Shown: positions 47,448 to 57,916 of the stretch, piece after piece
Numbering within the stretch: the first letter of the stretch is position 1
Layout of the letters: each line of letters starts with the position of its first letter
Notes under the pieces: generated by a model
Databases searched by the model: none
The model's input: only the letters and a program-made list of their open reading frames with translations
Told to the model about the DNA's origin: nothing
Origin: Abditibacteriaceae bacterium
GTDB lineage: Bacteria > Armatimonadota > Abditibacteriia > Abditibacteriales > Abditibacteriaceae
DNA length: 64,000 nt
Direction: 5' to 3'
NCBI GenBank assembly: GCA_965277285.1
Contig: OZ255721.1
Location: 1,920,001 to 1,984,000 of the forward strand
Program-made: the position numbers and the translations under genes

Positions 47448-48167
47448 TTGAAACTTGATTTATCAATGCTGCGCGCGGCACCCGATTTTTCATCACGCGC
47501 TTTCCTCTCAGTTGATGCGCTCGCGCCTCTTTCGATGGTGGCGAAGATGCCGGGCAAGTATTATCGCAGTCAACCGGAGCCGACTGACGGAATGTTGTTG
47601 GCGATGCTGGAAAACGCATTGGGTTGGCATATTTCGACTAAAGAGCGCGATGCGCTGCTTCGAGTACTCGCACACCGTCACCAACAAACGGCACAACGCA
47701 GTGGCGTTGGTTTCGGTAGCATTTTGCAATGGCACGTTCAAATTGTGGCGCGCGAGATTCCTGATTCGATGCACTACGATGATTTGTGGGCGCAACATCT
47801 GCGCGGTTCCAGCTTCCCCGATGGAAGTCGCAACTATGACAGCGCGATGATTCCTTTGATGAACGCCAAGCGACGCGGCGACATTACCACTGGCGACACC
47901 GCCGACGCGCGACGCGAACCCGAATTGCTGCACGATTTTCAAAAGGGCGACAAAATTAACATCGCGTTGCTGCGTCCACACTTCCCGCAGTATTATGCTT
48001 CGCCAACACCGCGAGAATACATCGTTCCCGACAAAGCTTTTCGTTTTACGGTTGCCACTTCGCCTGCGCTGATGCCTTTGCTTGAAGCGGCAATCGCAAA
48101 TCCTGCCGCGCCTCTCTATCTCGGTTCAAACGACGGCTGGGTTGATGCGGCTTGGGAGGTTTTATGA
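47448..48167 (+). CDS. cas5: Cas5 (type I-B, PGING-like)
   Basis: LAPLSMV..PGKYYRS..PT..ML..MLENALGWH, PTPREY, YLGSNDGWV; TTG with GGGAG RBS. Confidence 0.85.
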   Translation: MKLDLSMLRAAPDFSSRAFLSVDALAPLSMVAKMPGKYYRSQPEPTDGMLLAMLENALGWHISTKERDALLRVLAHRHQQTAQRSGVGFGSILQWHVQIVAREIPDSMHYDDLWAQHLRGSSFPDGSRNYDSAMIPLMNAKRRGDITTGDTADARREPELLHDFQKGDKINIALLRPHFPQYYASPTPREYIVPDKAFRFTVATSPALMPLLEAAIANPAAPLYLGSNDGWVDAAWEVL

Positions 48168-49810
48168 CCAGCGCGCCGACGCTTTTCGATGAAGTGCAAC
48201 CGCAAGCTGCACCGCTTGATTTGCCGCTTGCGCACCCTTACGCGCGTTATGGTTTGGCAGTTGCTCTCGTGCAAAGCCAGTTGCAAGTTCACGAGTTGAA
48301 CGAAGCCAGCTTGCGCGAAGCCCTTGCGCAATCTATTGAAAGCGGCTTGGAAAGCTTTCGCATGAGAACCGGCGACAATCCATCGCGTACTCGATTGTTG
48401 CAATTCTCGCCGATTCCTTTCGCTGACTTACAAGCTGACGCAAGTCTGATCCAATCATCGGGTCTGGCTGCCAAAGGCATTTACATCCTTCCAACTGTTG
48501 TTACAACTGACGGCAATGCCAAAGACACTTGGAAAAACGCGACAGAAGTTGTCAAGAAGTTGCGTGACGGCAACGCCTTTGACGACCGCGAGAAGTTCAG
48601 CCGTTCGTTCGCACCGACAACGGCAAAAATCAACAACGGAACGGCCTCGCAAACTGAACCGAAAGGTTCGTTGCTCGAAATTGCGTGCGCGCTTGTTACG
48701 ACGCTGACGCCGCTCAAGCCCGCTGCCTGGCCAGGACAAAACACTGTCATCATTCCCGATTTGCCGATTGAAGAACTGAGAGCCTTTGTTGCACTTTTTC
48801 AACGGATGCTTACCTCAAATCTGGGCGGCAACTTGATGGAAGCTCAGTTGAAAGAAGTCAAGCCGGTTGATGAAAGCAAGCCGAAGCGAGTGTCAAAGAA
48901 ACCGACGAAAGAAGCTGTAGTTAAGTCGGAGTTTCGCCGCCCTCGTTTGCACAGCGGCAATTACCCTTATGCGCCGCGTGATGCCGCTGTCTTCGGTACT
49001 GTCGGTTTGCTGGGTGCAATTGGGCGCTGGGCGCGTGAGGCAAAACAAACCTACGATGCCGAACGAGTACTCGAATCTCTTGCGGGACGCCCGCTTTACA
49101 TCGTTTCCTACGACAAGATTTCGCAGGTGCGTTTCGGGCATCATGTTGTCAGTCTGGCGCTTAATGGTCGCCTGTCAGAAATGATTGACAAGTTGTGGCT
49201 GGAAACCAAGTTGTATTCCGATTTGGATTCGGCCATGACAAAGCGTGATGCACCGTCGTATCAATTGTTTTATTTGCAAACCAGTCGTTTCTTGCAGCAG
49301 TTTTCCGCGCCCGCCTTCGCCGACTTTTTAGCGACGCGCGCCGAGTATCCATCGGAGCTTCGGCCACTTTTCGAGGAGTATTTTCAATTTATGGACAAAG
49401 AAATTGTGCAGTCGGCGGGTGCGCTGGGACAATGGCTCAATCGTACCGCCTACTTCGTCGCGGACGGAGAAGTTGAGGCCAGTGCCGGCGACCGGCGCGG
49501 CAAAGTTGCTAAAGCCAAAGCAAAGATTTTGATCGAGTTTGAAAGCGCAGCCATGAGCGCAAAGAGTCCGCAGGATTTGTTGTTCCGCCTTTCGACGCGT
49601 TGCGGACGTTTGCTGCAAGACGACGCGCCTTCGGATGCCAAACGTTTCATGGACGCCGTTGCATCGGAAGAAATTACACAACTCGCCGCGACGCATTTGC
49701 TCATCGCTTATATGAGACTGCGCGCGCCTCGTCCACAAACCGGAGAACCTGCAACCGCGCCGATTGAGGTTCAAGCCGAAGTTGATAACGCGCTGCCATT
49801 TGACAATTGA
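48164..49810 (+). CDS. cas8: Cas8 large subunit (Csp2-like)
   Basis: Position/size between cas5 and cas7, ATGA overlap, RPRLHSGNYPYAP, helical C-terminus. Confidence 0.75.
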   Translation: MTSAPTLFDEVQPQAAPLDLPLAHPYARYGLAVALVQSQLQVHELNEASLREALAQSIESGLESFRMRTGDNPSRTRLLQFSPIPFADLQADASLIQSSGLAAKGIYILPTVVTTDGNAKDTWKNATEVVKKLRDGNAFDDREKFSRSFAPTTAKINNGTASQTEPKGSLLEIACALVTTLTPLKPAAWPGQNTVIIPDLPIEELRAFVALFQRMLTSNLGGNLMEAQLKEVKPVDESKPKRVSKKPTKEAVVKSEFRRPRLHSGNYPYAPRDAAVFGTVGLLGAIGRWAREAKQTYDAERVLESLAGRPLYIVSYDKISQVRFGHHVVSLALNGRLSEMIDKLWLETKLYSDLDSAMTKRDAPSYQLFYLQTSRFLQQFSAPAFADFLATRAEYPSELRPLFEEYFQFMDKEIVQSAGALGQWLNRTAYFVADGEVEASAGDRRGKVAKAKAKILIEFESAAMSAKSPQDLLFRLSTRCGRLLQDDAPSDAKRFMDAVASEEITQLAATHLLIAYMRLRAPRPQTGEPATAPIEVQAEVDNALPFDN

Positions 49811-49847
49811 ATACGACTGCACAAGCTGTATTTCTGCAAAGGAACTT

Positions 49848-50786
49848 ATGGAAATCAAAGGAATCTTGGTCACGCTGGTTGCGCCGATGAGCGATCATAT
49901 CGCCAATGGCGGCGAGAAAGTTTTGGGCAACGCGTCGTCCATCAAACGCCGTCCCGATGGGCGCGTTTACATTTCGGGACAGATGCAGCGTCACGCGCTG
50001 TTCTCGGCCATTGAACGCCTCAACCTCACCGACGACAACCGCGACGCGACGTACGTTTCCAACGGCGACGGCGTGACAACAGTTATCGAAAACGATTTGC
50101 GCGCCGATTTGGGCGGCTTTCTACAAACCTCGAAAGAAACTTATTCGGGACGACGCACTGCACCGATCTCGGCGACGCCAGCCGTTGCGTTGGGAGAAAG
50201 TGAAACCGGACGCGATTTGTTGATTCGCTTGAAGATGAATCAGGACAAGGAGAGTACGCGTGATCAAGCATTGGCGACACGCGAGTACTCGCAAGAAGAC
50301 GCGATGCTGATGAGTTTCTTCGTTGATGCGGGAACTGTTGGCATCCGCAAAAAGTTTCGCTACGAAAACGAGTTGCACCTGGAAACGCAGTACGTCAAGC
50401 ACATTGATTCCGCCGAGCGTTTGCGCCGTGTGCGCCTGGCTCTGGAAGCCACAAGTTGCCTGACGGATTATGCGCAGCAAGCGCGCAACGCGACTTCGGG
50501 CGAGCCGCAACGAGTACTCATTGTTTTCGACACACGCCTTTCTCGCAAAGCCGCGCGCTATTTCAAAGCGAGCGAGATCGAGCGCGCCAACATCTTGCGC
50601 GAACTTGAAGCGCGCCACGCGACTTACTTTTTAGGCGATGACACAACAAAAGATGGCAACAGCGTTTTTCAGGCTTACGAACAAGCCTTGGTGTTTCTGT
50701 CTTCAAAGGACAACTCGTTGTTCGATCCTGATCCAGAAAACAAGAAATTTGTTTCAACGGCTGATTTTGAAAGTGGTATCAAATAG
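49848..50786 (+). CDS. cas7: Cas7 (Csp1-like)
   Basis: ANGGEK..GN, YISGQMQRHAL, DLRADLGGF, RRTAPISATPA. Confidence 0.88.
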   Translation: MEIKGILVTLVAPMSDHIANGGEKVLGNASSIKRRPDGRVYISGQMQRHALFSAIERLNLTDDNRDATYVSNGDGVTTVIENDLRADLGGFLQTSKETYSGRRTAPISATPAVALGESETGRDLLIRLKMNQDKESTRDQALATREYSQEDAMLMSFFVDAGTVGIRKKFRYENELHLETQYVKHIDSAERLRRVRLALEATSCLTDYAQQARNATSGEPQRVLIVFDTRLSRKAARYFKASEIERANILRELEARHATYFLGDDTTKDGNSVFQAYEQALVFLSSKDNSLFDPDPENKKFVSTADFESGIK

Positions 50787-50823
50787 TTTGTCGGGGCGCG
50801 CGAAAGCGCGTCCCGTTTTCGTT

Positions 50824-53112
50824 ATGGAACTCCTGGCAAAAACCGACGGCACAACACTGAAACAACACACGCAAGATGTCCGCGATGAAGCGGCATCTCT
50901 GGTAAAGGCTCGTCCGTTTGTCGCTCACAAATATCAACAGCGCACCGGACACGATTTAGCTTCGTTGCTGGACGAAAGCGCGCGTTGGCATGACGCGGGG
51001 AAAGAACACTCCAAGTGGCAAAACGCTTGTCGTGCCGATTACGAAGAATCAAAACGAACAGGACGTAATTGCGGAACACATTTGCGTCGTGCCGGAATAC
51101 GTCACGAAATTGCGTCTTTGGCTTTTATGAAAGATCGCGGCGCGCAACTTCCGCTTTGTGGCTGGACAGCGGTTGCCGCCCATCATCGCAAGTTGGCAGA
51201 ACGCCATGAAAAGCGTTGGCAAGACGACGCGCGGCACGCCGACTTTTGGCATCAATTCAAGATATTCGCTTCGCGCTTCGATGCCAGCGACCGCGAAAGC
51301 TTTGATCGAGTACTCGAAAAACGTTATGAATACGATGGCCCGCGCGCCTGGCTGCAACTCGCCGATGGACGCGCCAGTGCCAAAGAAGGCGGCGACGTGC
51401 TGCCGCAGTTAGAAGAGTTCCGCTACAACTTTCCGCATGACAAACCGCGCGGCGTTCAAGAACTCATCACTCGAATCTGGGACAAACCATTCGCTATTTT
51501 GCGCGCGCCAACCGGAGCCGGAAAAACCGATGCCGCGCTGTTGTGGGCGCAACATCAAATTAAAGAAAACCGTGCCGACCGTTTAGTTATCGCCATGCCG
51601 ACGCGATTCACTTCTAACGCGCTCTCAATTGCAGTTGCCGACAACCTGAGTGCGCGCGGTTTATATCATTCGAGTGCGCACTTTGTCGAAAAGGAGCGCA
51701 GAGAGAACGCGGATGATTTCGATAAAGACGTGTTTGAGAAGGAGATGCTGCTCGCGCGTTTGCTGGAAACGCCTGTCACCGTAACAACGCTCGATCATTT
51801 GTGCATTGCATTGACCGGAGCGCGCGAAGACCATCACGGCATTTTCTGGGGTTTGTCGCATTCGTGTGTTGTCATTGATGAAGCCGATTTTTATGACGAC
51901 TTCACGCAGCGCAACATGATTGTGCTGCTTCACGCGCTTCGAGTACTCGATGTTCCGGTTTTGGTGATGAGCGCGACCGTTCCCGAATCGGCGCGCGAAC
52001 TTTATGCGCTATCAGGCTTTGAAGCAAAAGAAATTCACGAAGACGCTTCCGACACTGACCGCGTGCGTTGCCGCATTGAGCGTAAAGGCCGCGTGCGTGT
52101 GCCGGAAGACATCGAAGAGATTTTGCGTTTGGTCGACGACGATGCGCCGTTGATTATCTACGCCAACACAGTTGAACGCGCGCAGGCTTATCGCCAATGG
52201 TTTGAAGACAATAAGTTTGATGAAGAAGATGTTGTGCTGTACCATTCGCGCTTTTGCGAACCGGACAAGGTAGAGATTGAGCAAAAGCTGTATAAGATGA
52301 TGGGACGAGAAGCCTGGAAAAACGGCACGCAACGCGGCGTCGCCATCTTGACACAGATTGGCGAACTCAGCGTCAACATCAGCGCCGATCAAATGCTTTC
52401 CGACCTTTGTCCGATTGACCGTTTAACTCAGCGTGCTGGCCGACTCGCACGTTTTAAAGAACGGTTTGATGGACAAGAAAATGTCATTGGCAATTTATAT
52501 GTTGTGCTGCCAACGAAAAGCGGCGAAGAACCGGAAGATGAGTGGTATCCCGCGCCTTACGGAAATTTCATCGGCAACAAATGGCAACTGACCCATGTAT
52601 TACGTCAATCGAATGAGAAATTGGAAGACGGCGATTACTCACCGCGACGCTTCGCTGATTTAGTAAACGAACTTTATCCTTCAGCTACATCGCCTTCACC
52701 TCGCGCTCGTGACAATGCGCGTGCGCTTGAGAATAGTTTTGTCAACAACTGGCTTATTACACAATTCGCTGAATTGGAAAGCGAAGACGACGAACAAACT
52801 CACATCTGGAAGAGCCGTGACATCGCGCCGCAGCAAACGGTCTATGTTGGCGTCGAGATTTCAACGCATATCAGCAACGACACGCCGTCTCTCGATTTGA
52901 GTAATCGCTTCAAGTTCCGTGAGTGGCAGCTTAAACACGGTGTTCAGATTTATGGTTATCAACTTGCCAAAGCCATCGAAAACAGCGCCGTTGAAAAAAG
53001 AACATTCAACATTGGTGAAGACAGCGAAATCGTTTATCTTGTGAATGTCAATTATTACGACCTCAATTATGGCTTGCGTCTCAACCGCGAAACCTTCGAG
53101 GAAGAACAATGA
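50824..53112 (+). CDS. cas3: Cas3 HD nuclease-helicase
   Basis: LAK..TL..H, HDAGK, HH, APTGAGKT, DEAD, SAT, HSRF, QRAGRLAR. Confidence 0.95.
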   Translation: MELLAKTDGTTLKQHTQDVRDEAASLVKARPFVAHKYQQRTGHDLASLLDESARWHDAGKEHSKWQNACRADYEESKRTGRNCGTHLRRAGIRHEIASLAFMKDRGAQLPLCGWTAVAAHHRKLAERHEKRWQDDARHADFWHQFKIFASRFDASDRESFDRVLEKRYEYDGPRAWLQLADGRASAKEGGDVLPQLEEFRYNFPHDKPRGVQELITRIWDKPFAILRAPTGAGKTDAALLWAQHQIKENRADRLVIAMPTRFTSNALSIAVADNLSARGLYHSSAHFVEKERRENADDFDKDVFEKEMLLARLLETPVTVTTLDHLCIALTGAREDHHGIFWGLSHSCVVIDEADFYDDFTQRNMIVLLHALRVLDVPVLVMSATVPESARELYALSGFEAKEIHEDASDTDRVRCRIERKGRVRVPEDIEEILRLVDDDAPLIIYANTVERAQAYRQWFEDNKFDEEDVVLYHSRFCEPDKVEIEQKLYKMMGREAWKNGTQRGVAILTQIGELSVNISADQMLSDLCPIDRLTQRAGRLARFKERFDGQENVIGNLYVVLPTKSGEEPEDEWYPAPYGNFIGNKWQLTHVLRQSNEKLEDGDYSPRRFADLVNELYPSATSPSPRARDNARALENSFVNNWLITQFAELESEDDEQTHIWKSRDIAPQQTVYVGVEISTHISNDTPSLDLSNRFKFREWQLKHGVQIYGYQLAKAIENSAVEKRTFNIGEDSEIVYLVNVNYYDLNYGLRLNRETFEEEQ

Positions 53113-53633
53113 GTGAAGCGACACTTCCCACTTTCACTGGCACGCAGGTCAACTACTACGGCATTTGTTGGCGCAAGCTGTGGTTGTTTTCGCACGGCGT
53201 CGAGATGGAGCGAGAAAACGAGAACGTGCAAATCGGCAGAACGGTGGGCGAAAGTTCTTACAGCCGCGAGCGCAAAGAAGTCAACATCGACAATCGTATT
53301 GTGATTGATTGGGTCGAAAGTCGCGTACTCGATGATGGAACGTTGCTCATTCACGAGACCAAGAAAAGCCGCTCCTTTGACAGCGCGCATCGCTTGCAAG
53401 TGTTGTATTACCTGTTTTATCTCAAAGCCAAAGGTGTGCAGGCGCGGGGCGAAATTGACTATCCGCTGATCAAGAAGACTGAAAGCATTGAACTGTCGCC
53501 GGAAAGCGAAATTGAAGTGATTCGAGTACTCGATGGCATCAAAAGCGTGGTTGAGCAACCGCAAGCGCCGCCGCGCTTAACCAACAAACGCTTGTGCGAA
53601 AAGTGTGCTTACTTCGAGCTGTGCTGGTCGTGA
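53109..53633 (+). CDS. cas4: Cas4
   Basis: TGTQVNYYGICWRKLW, ETKKS, QVLYYL, CEKCAYFELC. Confidence 0.95.
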   Translation: MSEATLPTFTGTQVNYYGICWRKLWLFSHGVEMERENENVQIGRTVGESSYSRERKEVNIDNRIVIDWVESRVLDDGTLLIHETKKSRSFDSAHRLQVLYYLFYLKAKGVQARGEIDYPLIKKTESIELSPESEIEVIRVLDGIKSVVEQPQAPPRLTNKRLCEKCAYFELCWS

Positions 53634-53635
53634 AA

Positions 53636-53770
53636 TTCACCGCAGAGGACGCGGCGGTCGTAGAGAGAAGAATGTGAATGGATGGGAGGCAACGACAAAT
53701 CAAAGTTATCGCTTCTTCCACGCGTTTTTCTCTTGAACTTCCTCAGCGTCCTCTGCGAACTCGGCGGTGA
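53636..53770. repeat. Intergenic inverted-repeat element (TCACCGCAGAGGACGC...GCGTCCTCTGCG...CGGTGA)
   Basis: Complementary arms filling the cas4-cas1 gap. Confidence 0.6.
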
Positions 53771-53773
53771 CAA

Positions 53774-54985
53774 ATGAAGCGTCAGTATTTTATTTTCTCG
53801 AACGGGCGTTTGTTGCGCAAACAAAACACGCTTTATCTGCATCAATACGCCGAAGAGCGCGAAGATGGCGACGACGTTTCGCTCGAAGACGCGGCGGAGC
53901 AGAACGGCTGCGTGCTGGAAGACGACGGAAGTGACGAGTTACAAATGACGAGTGACGAGTCCGAGGATGAATCGAGTACTCGAATCACGCTCGAAGATGA
54001 TGAAGCTCCACTCAAAACGGAAAACTCAAAATTGAGCACTGAAGAATCGCCTCGCGCGGTTCTGCAAAAGCGTCCGATTCCGGTGGAAGACATTGAGGCG
54101 CTTTATTTGTTTGGCGAAATGGACATCAACACCAAGATGCTCAACTTCGCCGCGCGACACAAAATCCCGATCCATGTTTTCAATTACTTCGGCTTTTATT
54201 CGGGAACGTTTTACGGTCGGCACGAAGTGAATTCCGGCTTTTTGCTGGTCAAGCAAGTCGAGCATTATTCGAGCGCGACGCATCGCTTGCAGATCGCGCG
54301 CGGCTTTGTCGATGGCGCCAGTTTCAACATCTTGAAGAACCTGAAGTATTACGGTTCGGCCAGCCGCGGACGCGATTTGAGCAGCTTTATCGAACGCATC
54401 GAAACCGAGCGTTTAAAGATCCTGACGGCGCGCGATATTCCGACTTTGATGGGCATTGAAGGCGCCATTCGCGCGACGTATTACGCGGCTTGGCCCTTGA
54501 TTTTGTCGCAGCCGTGGGCGGAATTTACCAAGCGCGTCAAGCGCCCGCCGGATAATCCGGTCAATGCTCTGGTGAGTTTCGGTAACGCGATGTGTTACAC
54601 GCTGGCGCTGGGCGAAATTTATCGCACGCCGCTGTCGCCGCTGATTTCATTCTTGCACGAACCTGGCGACCGTCGTTATTCTCTGAGTTTGGATTTGGCG
54701 GAAATCTTCAAGCCGATTTTGTGCGACCGCATCATTTTCAAGCTGATCAACAACGGCGAGATTACGCCGAAACATTTCGATGAAAAGCTGAACTTTTGCT
54801 ATCTCAAGGAAAGCGGTCGCAAGATTTTTATGCAGGAATGGGATGAGCGATTGAAGCAAACTATTGAGCATCGCAACCTGGGACGCAAAGTTTCGTATCG
54901 CCGCCTGGTACGCCTGGAATGTTATAAGCTGCAAAAGCACATCATGGGCATCGAGAATTACGAGCCTTTCAAGATTTGGTGGTGA
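53774..54985 (+). CDS. cas1: Cas1 (type I-B) with acidic N-terminal insertion
   Basis: YFIFSNGRL.RKQNTL, IPVEDI, FNYFGFYSG, MGIEG, NALVSFGN, SLDLAEIFKP, YEPFKIWW. Confidence 0.95.
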   Translation: MKRQYFIFSNGRLLRKQNTLYLHQYAEEREDGDDVSLEDAAEQNGCVLEDDGSDELQMTSDESEDESSTRITLEDDEAPLKTENSKLSTEESPRAVLQKRPIPVEDIEALYLFGEMDINTKMLNFAARHKIPIHVFNYFGFYSGTFYGRHEVNSGFLLVKQVEHYSSATHRLQIARGFVDGASFNILKNLKYYGSASRGRDLSSFIERIETERLKILTARDIPTLMGIEGAIRATYYAAWPLILSQPWAEFTKRVKRPPDNPVNALVSFGNAMCYTLALGEIYRTPLSPLISFLHEPGDRRYSLSLDLAEIFKPILCDRIIFKLINNGEITPKHFDEKLNFCYLKESGRKIFMQEWDERLKQTIEHRNLGRKVSYRRLVRLECYKLQKHIMGIENYEPFKIWW

Positions 54986-54997
54986 GGAGGAAAAGAA

Positions 54998-55087
54998 ATG
55001 ATGAATGATGAATCAGGCTTGGACTTCGAGTACTCGATTGCGTCAGCGTAACGTTTGAATTGCATTCATCATTCCGTATTCATCATT
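54998..55087. repeat. Short-period ATGATGA/TCATCAT inverted-repeat element with a TCGAGTACTCGA copy in its loop
   Basis: ATGATGAATGATGAAT ... ATTCATCATTCCGTATTCATCATT between cas1 and cas2. Confidence 0.5.
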
Positions 55088-55093
55088 CCGATT

Positions 55094-55357
55094 ATGTACG
55101 TGGTTATCGTTTACGACATTGGCGTCGAGCGCGTGAGCAAAGTCTGCAAGGCATTGCGGCGTCGCCTGACGTGGGTGCAGAACTCGGTGTTTGAAGGTGA
55201 AATCTCCGAAGCCGATTACGCCAAGATTCAAGTCGATCTGCTGAAGATTATCGAGCGCGAGCGCGATAGCGTGTTGTGCTATTGCATCAATAACCCCAAA
55301 GGTTGGGAGAAGCGCGTCATTGGTCAGGAACGCGCTTCCACCGACACCTTTTTATAA
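55094..55357 (+). CDS. cas2: Cas2
   Basis: MYVVIVYDI, WVQNSVFEG, DSV. Confidence 0.95.
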   Translation: MYVVIVYDIGVERVSKVCKALRRRLTWVQNSVFEGEISEADYAKIQVDLLKIIERERDSVLCYCINNPKGWEKRVIGQERASTDTFL

Positions 55358-55537
55358 CGCAAAAAGATTATTGAGTACTCGAATTGCGCTATAATTGTGA
55401 CAGCGCCGCTATTTCCTGTCGTCGGGTCACGCTTGAAAATACAGCATCGTCGCCCGACGACTGGCAAGAATTTCAACACCGTCATTTCTTTCAACTTTGC
55501 CGCCCAAAAGCGGCATTTTTTACCACTCAAAAAGTGG
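55358..55537 (+). promoter_or_regulatory. CRISPR leader
   Basis: Between cas2 and repeat 1; TATAAT 55390-55395; inverted repeat GTCGTCGGG/CCCGACGAC 55418-55461. Confidence 0.75.
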
Positions 55538-57758
55538 CTTCTAATCGAACCAGTGTGGAATTGAAAGAATAGCGAGATGTAGCGGGTTTGGCATTGTAAC
55601 CGTTCGTCTTCTAATCGAACCAGTGTGGAATTGAAAGCATCATGTCGTAGTTATTCAAGAGCGATTCAACGGAACTTCTAATCGAACCAGTGTGGAATTG
55701 AAAGGGCTGTTTTTGGTGCGCTCCAAGTCGCCGATAACGCTTCTAATCGAACCAGTGTGGAATTGAAAGGCAGCGGGCAAGGGCGTTTACGTCCGCACGC
55801 AGCAGGCTTCTAATCGAACCAGTGTGGAATTGAAAGGAACAAAAAGGTTCGCGCAACAATCGAGCACCACCGCCTTCTAATCGAACCAGTGTGGAATTGA
55901 AAGAAGAAGGTCTTCGCAACCAGAGCGCGGACGGCGTCTTCTTCTAATCGAACCAGTGTGGAATTGAAAGTTTTGCGCGTTGTTTTGCGTTGGGACGGCT
56001 TGATTACTTCTAATCGAACCAGTGTGGAATTGAAAGCTTTCTTACGCGAAGTCTCTTTCAGTTCCTCATTGACTTCTAATCGAACCAGTGTGGAATTGAA
56101 AGCATCTTGAAAATGTTTCCACGTCGTCGGAGCCTCAAAGCTTCTAATCGAACCAGTGTGGAATTGAAAGCAAGCGGCAACGGTTCGCTTGTATCGCATG
56201 GACAACTTCTAATCGAACCAGTGTGGAATTGAAAGTCAAATCGTTCACCTTTTGCACCTTGAACGGTTTCACTTCTAATCGAACCAGTGTGGAATTGAAA
56301 GCGGCCATAAACAACGCCGCGACTTCGCCTTGATTCTTCTAATCGAACCAGTGTGGAATTGAAAGGTCTTTTCAAACACGGCAACGGCTTTTCGCGCCGC
56401 GTCTTCTAATCGAACCAGTGTGGAATTGAAAGCAAAGTAACTGGTAAGTCGCCTGTTACCACTTTCCTACTTCTAATCGAACCAGTGTGGAATTGAAAGC
56501 ACTTGCGCTTATGCGCGCCTTTTCGTCTTTCAACACTTCTAATCGAACCAGTGTGGAATTGAAAGTAAACGAATGTCGTTAAGGTCACGCTCTAACGATT
56601 GCACTTCTAATCGAACCAGTGTGGAATTGAAAGCAAAGTAACCGGTAAATCGCCTGTAACAACTTTCCTACTTCTAATCGAACCAGTGTGGAATTGAAAG
56701 AACTGCATTAAAGTGCGTGATGCGGCGTTTATCGAGGAGACTTCTAATCGAACCAGTGTGGAATTGAAAGTCATGCAGATGATTCGTTTGGCATCTTCGA
56801 GGCGACTTCTAATCGAACCAGTGTGGAATTGAAAGTGAGTTCAAGGGCTTGCGTTCCACTCTTACCGAAATGCTTCTAATCGAACCAGTGTGGAATTGAA
56901 AGTGTGACCGTGCCGATAAGATTACCCTTGCTGCTACTTCTAATCGAACCAGTGTGGAATTGAAAGGTGTAGGAAAGAAAACCATCGAAGCGAACCGCGC
57001 GCTTCTAATCGAACCAGTGTGGAATTGAAAGTCGAGTAAGCGAGTTTGGGGCGCGGGAGAACTTTCGCCTTCTAATCGAACCAGTGTGGAATTGAAAGCA
57101 GCCTATCGCGCAACTGATGGAATCAACCGAGAATCTTCTAATCGAACCAGTGTGGAATTGAAAGCTACAAGTCGCTATCTGGTGAACGATTGTCGCAGCG
57201 CTTCTAATCGAACCAGTGTGGAATTGAAAGCTTCGTGCTGTAGCCAAGCTCTTTCCGGCGCGCCTTCTAATCGAACCAGTGTGGAATTGAAAGACGGCGA
57301 CATTGTGGTTGGCGGGACTTCGGCGGCCTTCTAATCGAACCAGTGTGGAATTGAAAGCATGACGGTTCAGCGATCAATGGTGTCGAAATTGGGAGCTTCT
57401 AATCGAACCAGTGTGGAATTGAAAGACTGCTAAAAAGCATTTTACGATTGCGGACAACGGTTCTTCTAATCGAACCAGTGTGGAATTGAAAGCCATCAAA
57501 AGCGGAACTGGCGCGGCTAGAGAAAAACTTCTAATCGAACCAGTGTGGAATTGAAAGATGGATTCGATCACGATCAACGGCAAATTGTGCCGCCTTCTAA
57601 TCGAACCAGTGTGGAATTGAAAGGTTACATAATCGTCGTCTTCGGTTTCGCCGTCTTCGTCTTCTAATCGAACCAGTGTGGAATTGAAAGGCGAAGAAGA
57701 AATCGAAGAAAAAGCCGCGCTGGAACTCCTTCTAATCGAACCAGTGTGGAATAGTATG
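55538..57758 (+). CRISPR. CRISPR array: 34 repeats (last degenerate), 33 spacers of about 33-40 nt; repeat CTTCTAATCGAACCAGTGTGGAATTGAAAG
   Basis: Manual count; 3' ATTGAAAG handle, leader on left, final repeat diverges after 24 nt. Confidence 0.98.
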
Positions 57759-57916
57759 TGGTTTTGGTCATTTAAAGGCACTTTCCCAAGAGCGAAAGTG
57801 CTTTTTTTGCATTTGGCGCTTTTGTTGCCAGAGGACAAGAGAAATAGTAAGTTTATTTTTCCAATAGCGCTCGTAGTTCAAAGTTTGCGAGGGATGATGC
57901 GCGACGGAAAGATACA

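Noticed and set aside
55568..57728. Self-targeting spacers within the window
   Set aside because: None noticed by eye; a computational search is needed to exclude them.
55810..57838. ORFs across the CRISPR array (FQFHTGSIR, SNRTSVELK repeats)
   Set aside because: Translations of the repeat, not genes.
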